A DNA stretch of 64,000 nt, from assembly GCA_964252035.1 (NCBI GenBank), contig OZ176202.1, one strand, 5' to 3'. Positions within the stretch are counted from its first letter, which is position 1, and each line of letters starts with the position of its first letter. The position numbers were made by a program, and so were the translations under genes. Below the pieces are notes generated by a model that had not been told where the DNA came from, ran no database searches, and worked only from the letters and a program-made list of their open reading frames with translations. Below, piece by piece: positions 1-10,110 of this stretch. The stretch comes from Podarcis erhardii. Lineage: Eukaryota.

Positions 1-130
1 TACTGGCATGAACATCAGTCTTGCTTCTCCTTCAGACAAACTTTAGCTTTACCTTTACCTTTCATCAGTTTATCTCATTTGTTATTTTAAGAGGAATTTC
101 TGTAAAACTGGAAAAGTTTAAATGCAAAAC

Positions 131-745
131 TATTATTATTATTATTATTATTATTTATTATTTACATTTGTATACCGCCCTTTATCCAGGGCAGTTCACA
201 ACATAAAATTACAAAATATCAACACAAACCAAATGAAAAAGCAAAATCAAACCATGTTCCAATAAACACATTTAAAAGGCCATAGATTGTTTAATCAGGC
301 AAAGGTCTGGTTATAGAAAAATATTTTTGCTTGATGCCTAAAGATATGTAACGAAGGCACCGGGTGAACACCCCTGGGGGGAGCATTCCAGAAGAGGGAA
401 GCCACTCCAGAAAAGGGTGGTTCTTGTGTTGTCACCCTCTGGACCTCATGGAGGAGCCTTACATAGAATGGCCTCAGATGAAGATTACAGGTTCTGGCTC
501 TGTTCATATTGGGGGGGGGGGGGCAGGGTGGTCCTTGAGGTATTGTGGTCCTGAGCCATTTAAGATTTTATAGGTCAAATCCAGCACTTTGAATTGAGCT
601 TGGAAGCTAACTGGCTACTAGTGCAGGCAGACCAGGATTGTTGTAATATATTCAAATTGTCTTGCTGCGCTGAGCAACCTGCTGGATTCTGCACCAGCTG
701 AAGTTTCTAAACTGCCTTCAGAAGCAGCCCCATGTAAACTACTGT
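131..745 (-). mobile_element. L2-type LINE 3' fragment with (TAA)n tail
   Basis: (TAT)n followed by tttgtataccgccc; the - strand ORF contains WNAPP...FRHQAKIFF, a degenerate L2 ORF2 C-terminus. Confidence 0.65.
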
Positions 746-1038
746 TGGTGGAAGGAGGTGCATTGGCAAACATCACAGGAGCCACTCAAACAATGGAGCC
801 GCAGTGATGGATTCCATGTTTGGGCCTTGGTTGGTCGGTATGTGCTGTGGGTAGAACTCGTTGATCTTAATATGAAACTCTGAAATCTTTTTCTTGCGCA
901 TCAGGGTAGATTAAGCACGTGGAAGTGATTCACATCAGAGGTTTAGACTAGGTACATTCCACCTAAGAATTATCCTTAGTCCTGTAATTATAAAGTAGGC
1001 TTTAGCGCTGCACTGTGGAGTTAATGAGCACCAGAAAG

Positions 1039-1084
<46 letters not shown>
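1039..1084. repeat. (GC)n-(CA)n microsatellite, alternating purine-pyrimidine
   Basis: gcgcgcgcgc followed by about 18 CA units. Confidence 0.95.
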
Positions 1085-1087
<3 letters not shown>

Positions 1088-1241
1088 CTATCTGCTGGGT
1101 TAGAACAAGTCCAGTTCTGAGGGGAGTCTGGAGAAAATGTGTAAGGCACCTGGAATTTTGAACCTGTGTGGGTTAGGCTTGCCATTCAAAAGCCATTCAG
1201 CATTCTAGGGTGTTTCTGAACTGAATGCCTTATTTTTGCAG

Positions 1242-1375
1242 TGGTATAATTGACAAGTCTGGAGGGAAAATCCTGGTTCAAAAGGTTGCTGGACAATCTG
1301 GCTACAAGGGTAGTTTCTCCAATGGCATCCGATCGTTGTCTTTACCACGGTGGCGGGAGTCCTTCATTGTTTCAG
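1242..1375 (+). CDS. VIT: VIT exon, LCCL domain C-terminal part (GIIDKSGGKILVQKVAGQSGYKGSFSNGIRSLSLPRWRESFIVS)
   Basis: ttttgcAG acceptor at 1240-1241 and AG|GTattt donor at 1376; 134 nt, phase 2 to 1; peptide closely matches vitrin LCCL. Confidence 0.96.
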
Positions 1376-3543
1376 GTATTTTTATGGCTAATCTCTTTGT
1401 TTTTGGCACTGCCATACTTTGAAAACTAAAAATCAGATGATCTGATTATTGATACTGAAACGTTGATACACAACCATTCTGGAAACATAGTTCTATGATG
1501 GGAAAGTCTCAGCATCCTTAACTATAGTCCCCCAGGATTGTTTGGGGGCAGTCATGACTGTTATCAGTGATATAATAACATTTTAAATGTATAATTCAGA
1601 TGTGGTTTAAGTCTGCAGGGGTTATCTGGAATAATTTTGCTTTGGGGTATTCTTTCAAGTAATTCAGACAAGCCAGAGATTGAAACCAGTCTGAATCACT
1701 TGAAATTCTTCCCCTCTACTCAGTAATTCCCACTGCAAATACAAAAATTGCAATAAGTCATCTGTGAGTGACATCTAAATAGCAAGCCAAGCTAAGCTTG
1801 AGCAGTTGAGCCACATCCATTGCAACTGAGCTCGTTGTCTACAAGCCAAAAATAGTGGCATTTCAAAGTTTAAAACAAAAACCATACTGGCAGCGTGTTT
1901 CCACTTAGCAAACAATTAGGAGTGTGGGATTTGCCAGCTTGGCCAATCAGGATCTGTACAAAGACCCATAGAAAAACAAAGAATTAGGGCTAGGAAGCCA
2001 AGCTAGAAAGCAGGATATTGTGAAGCGTGAAGAAGAGAGGCAAGTTCACAGGATTCAAATGATGAGCACACTAGGAGGTATGCAAATTGGCTGGTACTCA
2101 CTTTCAGAGTATTGAAATGTGCTGGCTTATGTGCAAATGAATGACTTCATTCAGATCAATGAGAGCTTCCTGCTAAAGTAACACAATCTGTTCTGGATGT
2201 CTTTGGGGAAGTTATGGACATTATATTCATCTTAGTTTTCCATGCAGCAATTAAAGTATTCATTTGAAAAATGATCAAAACTAACTATATTGCCAATTTT
2301 TTTTTTTAAATGTATTTACACATTTAGGGTTAAAACGAAAAACCAAAGAGTAGATGCTACATGGCAAGCCAATCTAATTCACTCCCTCTGATTAATTACA
2401 TGCTTAGTCTTGGGCATGTTGCAGTTTTATCACACATCAGCCTGAATTTCAGAGTTGTGTATATTTAAGCCCACTGAAATTAAGGAGCTTGATAGTGCAG
2501 TCCTATACATGCCTACTCAGATGTAAGCCACATTGAGTTCAGTGGGATTTACTCCTATTGGGTATATTTTATTTATTTATTTACCTATCAAAATTTACAT
2601 ACCACTTGATTGCAGTAAAACATCTAAGCATTATACATGAAAAATTAAAATTGTAAGATCAAATTCAGTTAAAACAGATATTTAAAAATAGTTAAAATTA
2701 AAAATAGTGATTTAAACACATCTACATGTCTGGCTAGGTCTGGCATATGATTGCTTGTTGCTATAAAAGTTCTTAAGACATTTACTTACCACTGTAAATG
2801 TTAAAAACATTTACCGTTTCTAAAAATGTTGCTTTATAATGTAGTTTGATGTGGGAAATGTCAAGAGGTAACACATGATGTGGCACAATGAAAGGTTTAT
2901 AGTTTGTACCAGACTATAACTGTCACGATCTCCCATATGTGGTTTAAATGTGAACTCAAATGTAGCTTACACATACATTGAATTCTTTCACTATTATCAT
3001 GGTAAATCATGGGCTCTAAAAACAATCTGTAATGAAATGGAACTTGATTAAAAATTATGTATGTGGTAAATAAGGGGAACCACCTAGAGACATGGTTTTT
3101 TTTGTGTGAGGTAGTGTTTTACTTGCATCCATGACATAAATCTTGGTTAGTTCAGTGGAATGAGTTTTGTTATGTTACCCTTGCAAACAACCACCACCAC
3201 CACCTCATGAGACATGGATGGCAAAGCAATGTGAAGTTGCTTGTTCTTTAATATTAAAGCATAAAAGGTACTAGGCCACCCACATGTTCTTTTGTACCAC
3301 AGAGCAGCTGGTGTGGCAGATCTTGCGGTGAATAATTGAAAGCCCTGGGGGAAATTGCAAAGGTCTGATTACCTGATGGCTGATTTAAGAACTTATATTA
3401 TGCTAAATAGGTATATCTTATACTGTGTTAGATATGTGCTGTAGATCTACTGGATTAAATGTGTTTGCTTTATTGCAAGGTCATGTACTCTCCCCAATTT
3501 GGCTTTTCTTGTTTGTTTTTGTTTCTTTGTTTGTTTTCCACAG

Positions 3544-3618
3544 AGGGCAAACCCAAAAAAGGTGTGCAGTACCCATCAACACTTGAATATTCATCTTCCT
3601 CAAACACACCTGTTAAAG
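3544..3618 (+). CDS. VIT: VIT exon (EGKPKKGVQYPSTLEYSSSSNTPVK) ending at a GC donor
   Basis: ttttccacAG acceptor; peptide matches vitrin ESKPKKGVTYPS. Donor read as AAG|GCAAGT at 3619 because the GT at 3625 would join as T|GA (stop). Confidence 0.88.
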
Positions 3619-3641
3619 GCAAGTGTAAGATTTTCTGCTGG

Positions 3642-3643
<2 letters not shown>

Positions 3644-3689
<46 letters not shown>
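3644..3689. repeat. (GT)23 microsatellite directly downstream of a VIT donor
   Basis: Direct observation. Confidence 0.97.
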
Positions 3690-3692
<3 letters not shown>

Positions 3693-4045
3693 GGTTGTGT
3701 TCTTCCATATATAGCTCCACCTATACTATACATCTTACTGCTTTAAGTAGTCATGGTTTTCCCCAAAGAATCCAGAGTCCTCAAATTTGTTAAGTGCGCT
3801 GAGAGTTATTAAGAGGCCGTATTCCCCTCTCAGAGCTTATAGGGACTGGGAGCAAAAGCTGCCATATGAGACTCAGCAACACCATGCCAAGTGTCCAATA
3901 AAGCTGGTAGCAACCACCACACACAAGCACCCCAAAGGAATGTGCGGCTGACACTAAATTCACAGCACCTATAGTTTTGCATCTCTGCAAATAGCAGATA
4001 GCATTTTCTTTGATATTAATTCACTATATTTCTATACTAATATAG

Positions 4046-4267
4046 GAGGTTCCCAACGGAAAGAGTATCAGACAACTGCAGTGCCACTACAAACCACACA
4101 AGGTGCATTTACAACAGCAAAAGCGGCTATCAGGACAATCGAATTGGTCAGCACAACTCCAAAGCCAGCAACAATCCCAACTACAGTCACGACAACCATC
4201 ACTATCCAGGCAACTACTGGTGTAGCTACAAAGCCTCCAGTTGCGATTCACAAAGTCAGGGACATAG
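4046..4267 (+). CDS. VIT: VIT Thr/Pro-rich mucin-like linker exon (GGSQRKEYQTTAVPLQTTQ...HKVRDI)
   Basis: tatAG acceptor at 4044-4045 and AG|GTGAGC donor at 4268; 222 nt, phase 1-1, open, Thr-rich like the vitrin linker. Confidence 0.88.
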
Positions 4268-4515
4268 GTGAGCAAAATGGCAGAGGTCATAGTGGCTTAA
4301 CAATGTGTTTGTGCTATAACAGGAGTGAAGAAATTTCAACCTGTGGGTCTAGTTAGGCCTCCCCAAGCTGTCACTTATAGTGTGACAAGTAAAATCTCAG
4401 CACAGCTAAATTCAAAAGGAAGACTCTGGCATGTGTTCAAGCCAGGTTGTGAATTCATAAAACTCTGAAGTCAAGCAAAGGCTGCAAAGGATTGGATTTA
4501 TAATTTACCTGATTC

Positions 4516-5111
4516 TGTAGGATGGGATATCAGTTTAGTCGACAGTTGGGTGGCCATACCAGGCAGCAAGTCAGTATGCCAAGTTCAATGCCTGAGGGTC
4601 AGTTCACACAACCAAAGTCCAAAATCCAAAGGTCAGGAAACAAGGTTCATGGTCAAGCCAAGTCCAAAGTCCAGTAGTCGGGATACAATACAGAGTCAAA
4701 CCTGAAGCTCAGTCCTGTGGCGGTCCAGAAACACCCAAATCAAGGCCCATCAACATGGGCAGCTGAGAAAAAACAGCCCCTCAGCTCTGCTTCCCTTTTG
4801 TAATTTCCATGCTGATTGCAGCATCTGGGCTTGATGAGGCACGTGACCCTCACCTGCTCCAAGCCTACTTCAGCTGAGGAATCACACCCCGTCCTCCCAG
4901 AGCTAGTTAGCCCCACCTGGTCAAGTAGGGAGCTGGACTGTGGGCCCTTACCTGTCTCAGCCTCCTAGAGTGCCACTCCCGCTGCTCCCTACACCTCAGA
5001 GCTTCTGTATTCATGGGGATAGGGGTCCCTCTGGCTCTGGTAATGGGTCTTGCTGCTGTAGTTCCTGCATTGATGTTCACCCCCTCCCCATCCTCTGCTC
5101 TTACTCTTACA
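4516..5111. mobile_element. Probable solo LTR (Gypsy-like) in a VIT intron
   Basis: Termini TGTAGGA...TCTTACA form a 6/7 inverted repeat with TG...CA ends; flanks ATTC/ATTT are a near 4-bp TSD; internal agtccaaa/ggtcag repeats. Confidence 0.55.
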
Positions 5112-5281
5112 ATTTAAAGAAGGATCATCATCTTCACAGAACAGTGCACTTTGGCCATTTGTTTTCCATCGCCTCATTCTCTGTTTTGCATACTGATTTT
5201 TCTCCTTTTCCATTTGCTATAGTGAGGGGTTCTCTGGTTTGTTCTTAGGGAACTGTTTAGGGAAGATTTAATGTTTAACAG

Positions 5282-5383
5282 AGTATTGTATTTTAATATT
5301 TTGTTGGAAGCCATACAGAGTGGCTGGGGAAACCCAGCTAGATGGGCGGGGTATAAATAATAAATTATTATTATTATTATTAG
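5282..5383 (+). mobile_element. 5'-truncated L2 3' end with (TTA)n tail abutting the VIT exon at 5384
   Basis: ttttgttggaagccatacagagtggctggggaaacccagctagatgggcggggtataaataataaa(tta)n matches the copies at 6420-6470 and 43150-43251. Confidence 0.9.
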
Positions 5384-5434
5384 GTTCTAGCAACGTCCAT
5401 CCAGCTTACTCCTCAGTAGCAGCTGTAGCATCAA
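5384..5434 (+). CDS. VIT: VIT linker micro-exon (GSSNVHPAYSSVAAVAS)
   Basis: (TTA)n-TAG acceptor and strong AA|GTAAGT donor at 5435; 51 nt, phase 1-1, in frame with neighbouring exons. Confidence 0.72.
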
Positions 5435-5964
5435 GTAAGTACAGAGGCAGTGCATTGTCATATCACGACTGCAATCCTAGGAAGCCCAGGGAAATCAGTG
5501 GGCTTATGTCTGATTATACACCATGGGAATGTGTTTAAATGGTCATTGTTTTATCTCTTTCACTAAGGAAAAAGTAGCTTAAGGAAAAAGTAGCTTCAGT
5601 TATCCCTGTTTTGTAAGATGTTCTCCATACCTTCCATCCATGCCATAGAACTACAGTTCCCAAGGTTCCCTGGAAAAAGATAATGACTGTTCAACTAGTT
5701 TGAATCTTTCTTGTGACTAGACCCATCTCCACATAACAGGGGTGGGGAACGTTTTTGGACTTCCATGTGCTGTTGGACTCCAGCTCCTACTAAGCCACAC
5801 TTGCTGAGACTGATGGGAGTTGGAGTCAAACATCTAGAGGGGCACAAGTTCCCCATTCCTGCTAAGTAATATATATCTCTCTGTAATTATTGTTTCATAA
5901 ATCCTATATTTAATCTCAGTTGGTAGAGCCTGAGAATCTTAATCTCAGGGTTATGGGTTCTGAG

Positions 5965-6470
5965 CACAATTCAAAGTGTTGATGCTGACCTTTAAAGCCT
6001 TAAACCAGGCATAGGCAAACTCAGCCCTCCAGATGTTTTGGGACTACAACTCCCATGATTCCTAGCTAACAGGACCAGTGGTCAGGGATGGTGGGAATTG
6101 TAGTCCCAAAACATCTGGAGGGCCAAGTTTGCCTATGCCTGCCCTAAACAGCCTCAGCCCAGTATACCTGAAGGAGTGTCTCCACCCCCATCGTTCTACC
6201 TGGACACTGAGGTCCAGCGCCGAGGGCCTTCTGGCAGCTCCCTCACTACGAGAAGTGAAGTTACAGGGAACCAGGCAGAGGGCCTTCTCGGTAGTGGCAC
6301 CCGCCCTGTGGAATGCCCTCCCACCAGATGTCAAAGAGATAAACAACTATATGACATTTAGAAGACATCTGAAGGCAGCCCTGTTTAGGGAAATTTAGAA
6401 TGATTGATGTTTTAATGTATTTTTAATCTTTTGTTGGAAGCCGCCCAGAGTGGCTGGGGAAAGCCAGCCA
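5965..6470 (+). mobile_element. L2 LINE 3' fragment (ORF2 C-terminus + 3' UTR) interrupted by a hAT MITE
   Basis: With the MITE removed it reads QFKVLMLTFKALNSLSPVYLKE...RAFSVVAPALWNALP...FRRHLKAALF*, then the family 3' UTR running into the N gap. Confidence 0.88.
6006..6141. mobile_element. hAT-type palindromic MITE, 136 bp
   Basis: 16-bp TIRs CAGGCATAGGCAAACT/AGTTTGCCTATGCCTG; 8-bp TSD CCTTAAAC/CCCTAAAC. Confidence 0.9.
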
Positions 6471-6606
6471 NNNNNNNNNNNNNNNNNNNNNNNNNNNNNN
6501 NNNNNNNNNNNNNNNNNNNNNNNNNNNNNNNNNNNNNNNNNNNNNNNNNNNNNNNNNNNNNNNNNNNNNNNNNNNNNNNNNNNNNNNNNNNNNNNNNNNN
6601 NNNNNN
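6471..6606. other. Assembly gap (about 136 N)
   Basis: Run of N where the L2 (TTA)n tail would be expected. Confidence 0.99.
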
Positions 6607-6809
6607 GAGTCTCACGTTGGGCAAAAGATTCTGACATTGCAAGCGGTTAGACTAGATGACCTGTGTGCTTCTATGTTAAAAACTAAAGGATTAGGACAAG
6701 AGTCTCTTACCTCCTGCAGCTATAAAATTATCACTTTTAAAAAGAAATGTCTTTTAAAAATAGTTTTGGGAACTGCAAATAACATTTTCTGTTTTAATGC
6801 ATATTTTAG

Positions 6810-6848
6810 GGCAGGTTCAAGCTGTACAAGGAAGAACCCAGAATCAAG
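6810..6848 (+). CDS. VIT: VIT linker micro-exon (RQVQAVQGRTQNQ)
   Basis: atattttAG acceptor and AAG|GTATGT donor at 6849; 39 nt, phase 1-1, open. Confidence 0.72.
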
Positions 6849-6971
6849 GTATGTCCTAACTTAAATGGATATATATTTTCTTCATTTAAGCTAAGTTTAG
6901 TTTAAAGTAATCATATTTACTAATTACAATTTATTCAAGTTTATGTGTTGACCAGTAAAATATTTTTAAAG

Positions 6972-7028
6972 CATTCAGAGGCAGTTCCAGCCATGCAAGT
7001 AACAGAAATATCGCTCGACCTAATACAG
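6972..7028 (+). CDS. VIT: VIT linker exon (AFRGSSSHASNRNIARPNT)
   Basis: tatttttaaAG acceptor and CAG|GTAAAA donor at 7029; 57 nt, phase 1-1; size and position fit the human exon ending SSQNRPRADP. Confidence 0.72.
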
Positions 7029-8912
7029 GTAAAACCTTCATATGATTTTTAAAATGTTTTCCGGTTATAAAAAGCAGCAACCAGAGCCCACTCTTAAAGA
7101 CGTTCTCTTGGAAGTTAGTTTCCCTGAGTTACCTACAATTACTACTTAGGAAATACGCCTAAGAAATACTGGATACAATTTAGCCCAAGTTAAGAATTTT
7201 AATTCCCTGTTATTTCAGTAGAAGATATTGAAACACATGCTCGACTCTCCCTGTGAAATCGCTGGGATTTAAAATAAAAAGATTTGGCTGGATTGCAGCC
7301 ATTCTGATTTTGCAGCATTTCTGTATTGTTATTATTTATTAAACTTATATACCACCCTATACCCACAGGCCTGTAGTGGTCTGCTAGTTATCCTCTAAAG
7401 TTCAAACTACTTGAGTCAAGTTATTTTGTAGGAGTTGAAATCCATAACCCATTTACATCGCCAGAGCAGTTCTAATAAAGTGAACAGGACTGACCTGATT
7501 AAATTATGTATAGATTGCAACCCAAGCCCAAGAAACGTCAATTGACTTCCGTGTGACATTATGATAGCATTTCAGGCTGTAAATGCTGAGGGGCAGAGTG
7601 CCCATCCTATTAAAAATTGCTGAAGCTAAACTGTCTTGACGTACAGGGAAGTCCCTATTAATACTACCCCCATTTTAAAACTGGTGGTTCTTAGGTAATG
7701 AAATAGACTCACCAGAATTATGCCTCTGTGTATTAAAGTTGACCCGTTTGACAAACCACACAGGTCTTCAACGGCAAGAGCCAATTGTCTCATTCCGGAA
7801 GCCTTCCACCTCTCCTGCCAATCTGGGTAAGCTTCCCCATAAACCAAGGCAGATTTTGACAGGATTTGTCACCTAGATTTCTCTGGGCTTGTTAGTCTGA
7901 ACCAGAAGCACTACTTCCTCTCACCTCGTATGGAAAAAAATCTATTGTTTTCAACAGAGCAGTGCTTGAGTCATCTGAGTATTCTTTTACATCCAGTTCC
8001 CTATGTCTGGTGCTCATTTCAGGCAGTTTCCTATATATGCAGAATAAACTTTAGTCTTGATTAAAGTATTGTTTCTAAGGGCCTGGTGTTTCATTGCAGA
8101 TCTGTACTGCAACATATTCTTGACATGATCCATGGTGCATTAGTAGTGGGTTTAGCCTGCTTTGGTTTGTTCTGCAGTGTTTCCCAAAGCTATCACATTA
8201 TTGCTATCTGGAGGGGCTGTATTGCAATAAAAGCAAAAGCAAAAATAAATCAGAACATTTCTGGTTTAAAAAGCTATGGGATTTCATCAGGAAGTGGCAG
8301 GATATGCGGTTATTGGAAATAAACCAAAAACCAAAAAACCTTTGCAGATGCAAACAGTATTGAAAAGGAGGTCACATATGACTGCCCCAATAGCAGCATG
8401 AGCACAAATCACCCATCTCACATCACAGTATCTGCCCAAACACTGGAAATTGAGGCTGACAAAAAACAACACAAAAGGCAATTTCCATAGTGCATCAGCC
8501 CCTTCTTTGAGAAACAATCATTAAAAGAAATGGGACAAGCCAAAGACCCAGGAAACAGCTGGCTTGTCACTTTTTTGTTGTTGGAACAAACAGTATGAAG
8601 AAAGCCACATAAGTACTCTCCTCAAAAGTTCATGTCAAAACTAAAAAAAAAAAATCATTTGTTTCTGGCACAGAATGTCTCTTAACTTAATATTTCACTT
8701 AAGGAAGGATCTGTCATATCCATGTCATGTTCTATTTATTCTGCTTCTTACATATACTTCTGCTTATTCTCACATATACTTCATTTTACAAAGTGTCTCG
8801 CCTAAAGGAACAGCATTTGTTCTGTTAACTTCAGATTGGTTTGGGTTAGTGGTTTGCTTTTGTTTCTTTTACTTTTAATTAATTACTGTTTTTCCCCTCT
8901 TGTGTGTGGAAG

Positions 8913-8960
8913 CTATAGAAACAGACTTGTGGAAACTGGGATCAAGCCTTTTTGACACAG
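8913..8960 (+). CDS. VIT: VIT linker exon (AIETDLWKLGSSLFDT)
   Basis: Resembles the human alternative segment GEMDSWKPGSVLLDE. CAG|GTAGTA donor at 8961. Acceptor is either AAG (start 8913) or the in-frame TAG (start 8919). Confidence 0.75.
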
Positions 8961-9586
8961 GTAGTATTACGCAAAGTTTTCTAATCACCAACTCTGTCAT
9001 TTTAAGGCTTTCAATTGGAGCTCCATCTTTACCTGCCTCACACCAGACGTAGGTGGGCGTGGCTTGGAAGAAACAGCCTCATAGGCCAAATTAGCACCCC
9101 TAATTGCAAGACCTAATTAAGTCCACAGACTAGAAGCTCCCCCACTTGCTGCTTTAGGAAGAAATTACAAGACCCTTTTTACATGAGAAGCATTTGCATG
9201 CTATATGCAAGAAATCTACCTGTATGATCATCACACACATTATAAACTTCCACAGAAATGTTGTGAACGGTGGCTATCCTGAGTATGAATTGGGCGAATC
9301 CACACTTACTTTTTGGCCTGGGCTTTCAAGGCACAGGTCTGCACTTCAAAGCTGTGTGTCCAAGCACTCTTTCTTTTGCAATTCAGTTTGGGTTTCCAAT
9401 GGATTGGTATTTGTGCCAATCCAATGGTGAGGAGTGGGTTATTGTGGGGAAAGCTCCAGAGCAAAAAACAGAGCCACTCAGACATGGAGCTTTAAAGTAT
9501 GGACCATGCCTGGAAAGTATGGAGGAAAGGGTGGACAAGCCCTGACAGGAGCAAATGGAATGTAGGAAAAGAAAATTGCATTTAAT

Positions 9587-10110
9587 ATTATTATTATTAT
9601 TATTATTATTTATACCCCGCCCTCCTCAGCCGAGGCCAGGCTCAGGGGGGCTAACACCAAATATATAATACATTCAAAACAATTAGTTTAAAATATAATT
9701 TGAATCACATTTAAAATCAAAATAAAATTAAGTGGGAACCCACAAATCACAACCATAGGAGTAAGGAATTAAAGCTCACCAGGCCCGGCCACTCGTGCTG
9801 GTCCCAAATGGAAAGAGCTGGTCCCATATAGAAAGAGCCAAGGAGGCCACTTACATACAGGGTCCTATAGAAAGAAGGGAGTCAGAGTGGGCCCGGACCA
9901 AAGGCCTGGCGGAACAGCTCCATCTTGCAGGCCCTACAGAAGTATGTCAAATCCCGCAGGGCCCTGGTCTCTTGTGGGAGAGCGTTCCACCAGACTGGGG
10001 CCAGGGCTGAAAAGGCTCTGGCCCTGGTCAAGGCCAGTCTAACTTCCTTGAGGCCCAGGACCTCCAAAGTATTATTGTTTGTGGACCTTAAGGTCCTCCG
10101 CATTAAGCTA
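9587..10110 (-). mobile_element. L2 LINE 3' fragment
   Basis: (TAT)n tail at the low end; - strand ORF RTLRS...RARAFSALAPVWWNALP...KMELFRQAF. Confidence 0.85.

Larger units (their letters stand above)
5914..6670 (+). mobile_element. tRNA-Lys-derived SINE with CR1-like tail (Squam2-like), split into 5914-5964 and 6607-6670 by an L2 insertion
   Basis: ctcagttggtagagcctgagaatcttaatctcagggttatgggttctgag matches the 5' part of tRNA-Lys(CTT). The sequence resumes after the gap as gagtctcacgttgggcaaaagattctgacattgc...gactagatgacc. Confidence 0.75.

Noticed and set aside
3459-3746. Poly-CV, poly-TH, poly-I and poly-Y ORFs (also 21-206, 43048-43356 and 52938-53252)
   Set aside because: Translations of microsatellites and (TTA)n retroposon tails.
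5914-5964. tRNA-Lys-like sequence (also tRNA-like heads near 33590-33677, 42405-42460 and 61630-61700)
   Set aside because: SINE heads: mismatched stems, no complete cloverleaf, and each continues into retroposon body sequence.
6078-6398. RT-like ORFs (also 9882-10136 and 295-507)
   Set aside because: Only the ORF2 C-terminal tail of 5'-truncated L2 copies; no RT catalytic domain, so not autonomous and not host genes.
7029-8912. Expected VIT exon homologous to human GIQRQDPSGAAFQKPVGADVSL
   Set aside because: I tested several AG-flanked candidates; they hit stops or lacked similarity, so it is not annotated. It may be lost or too diverged to recognise by eye.
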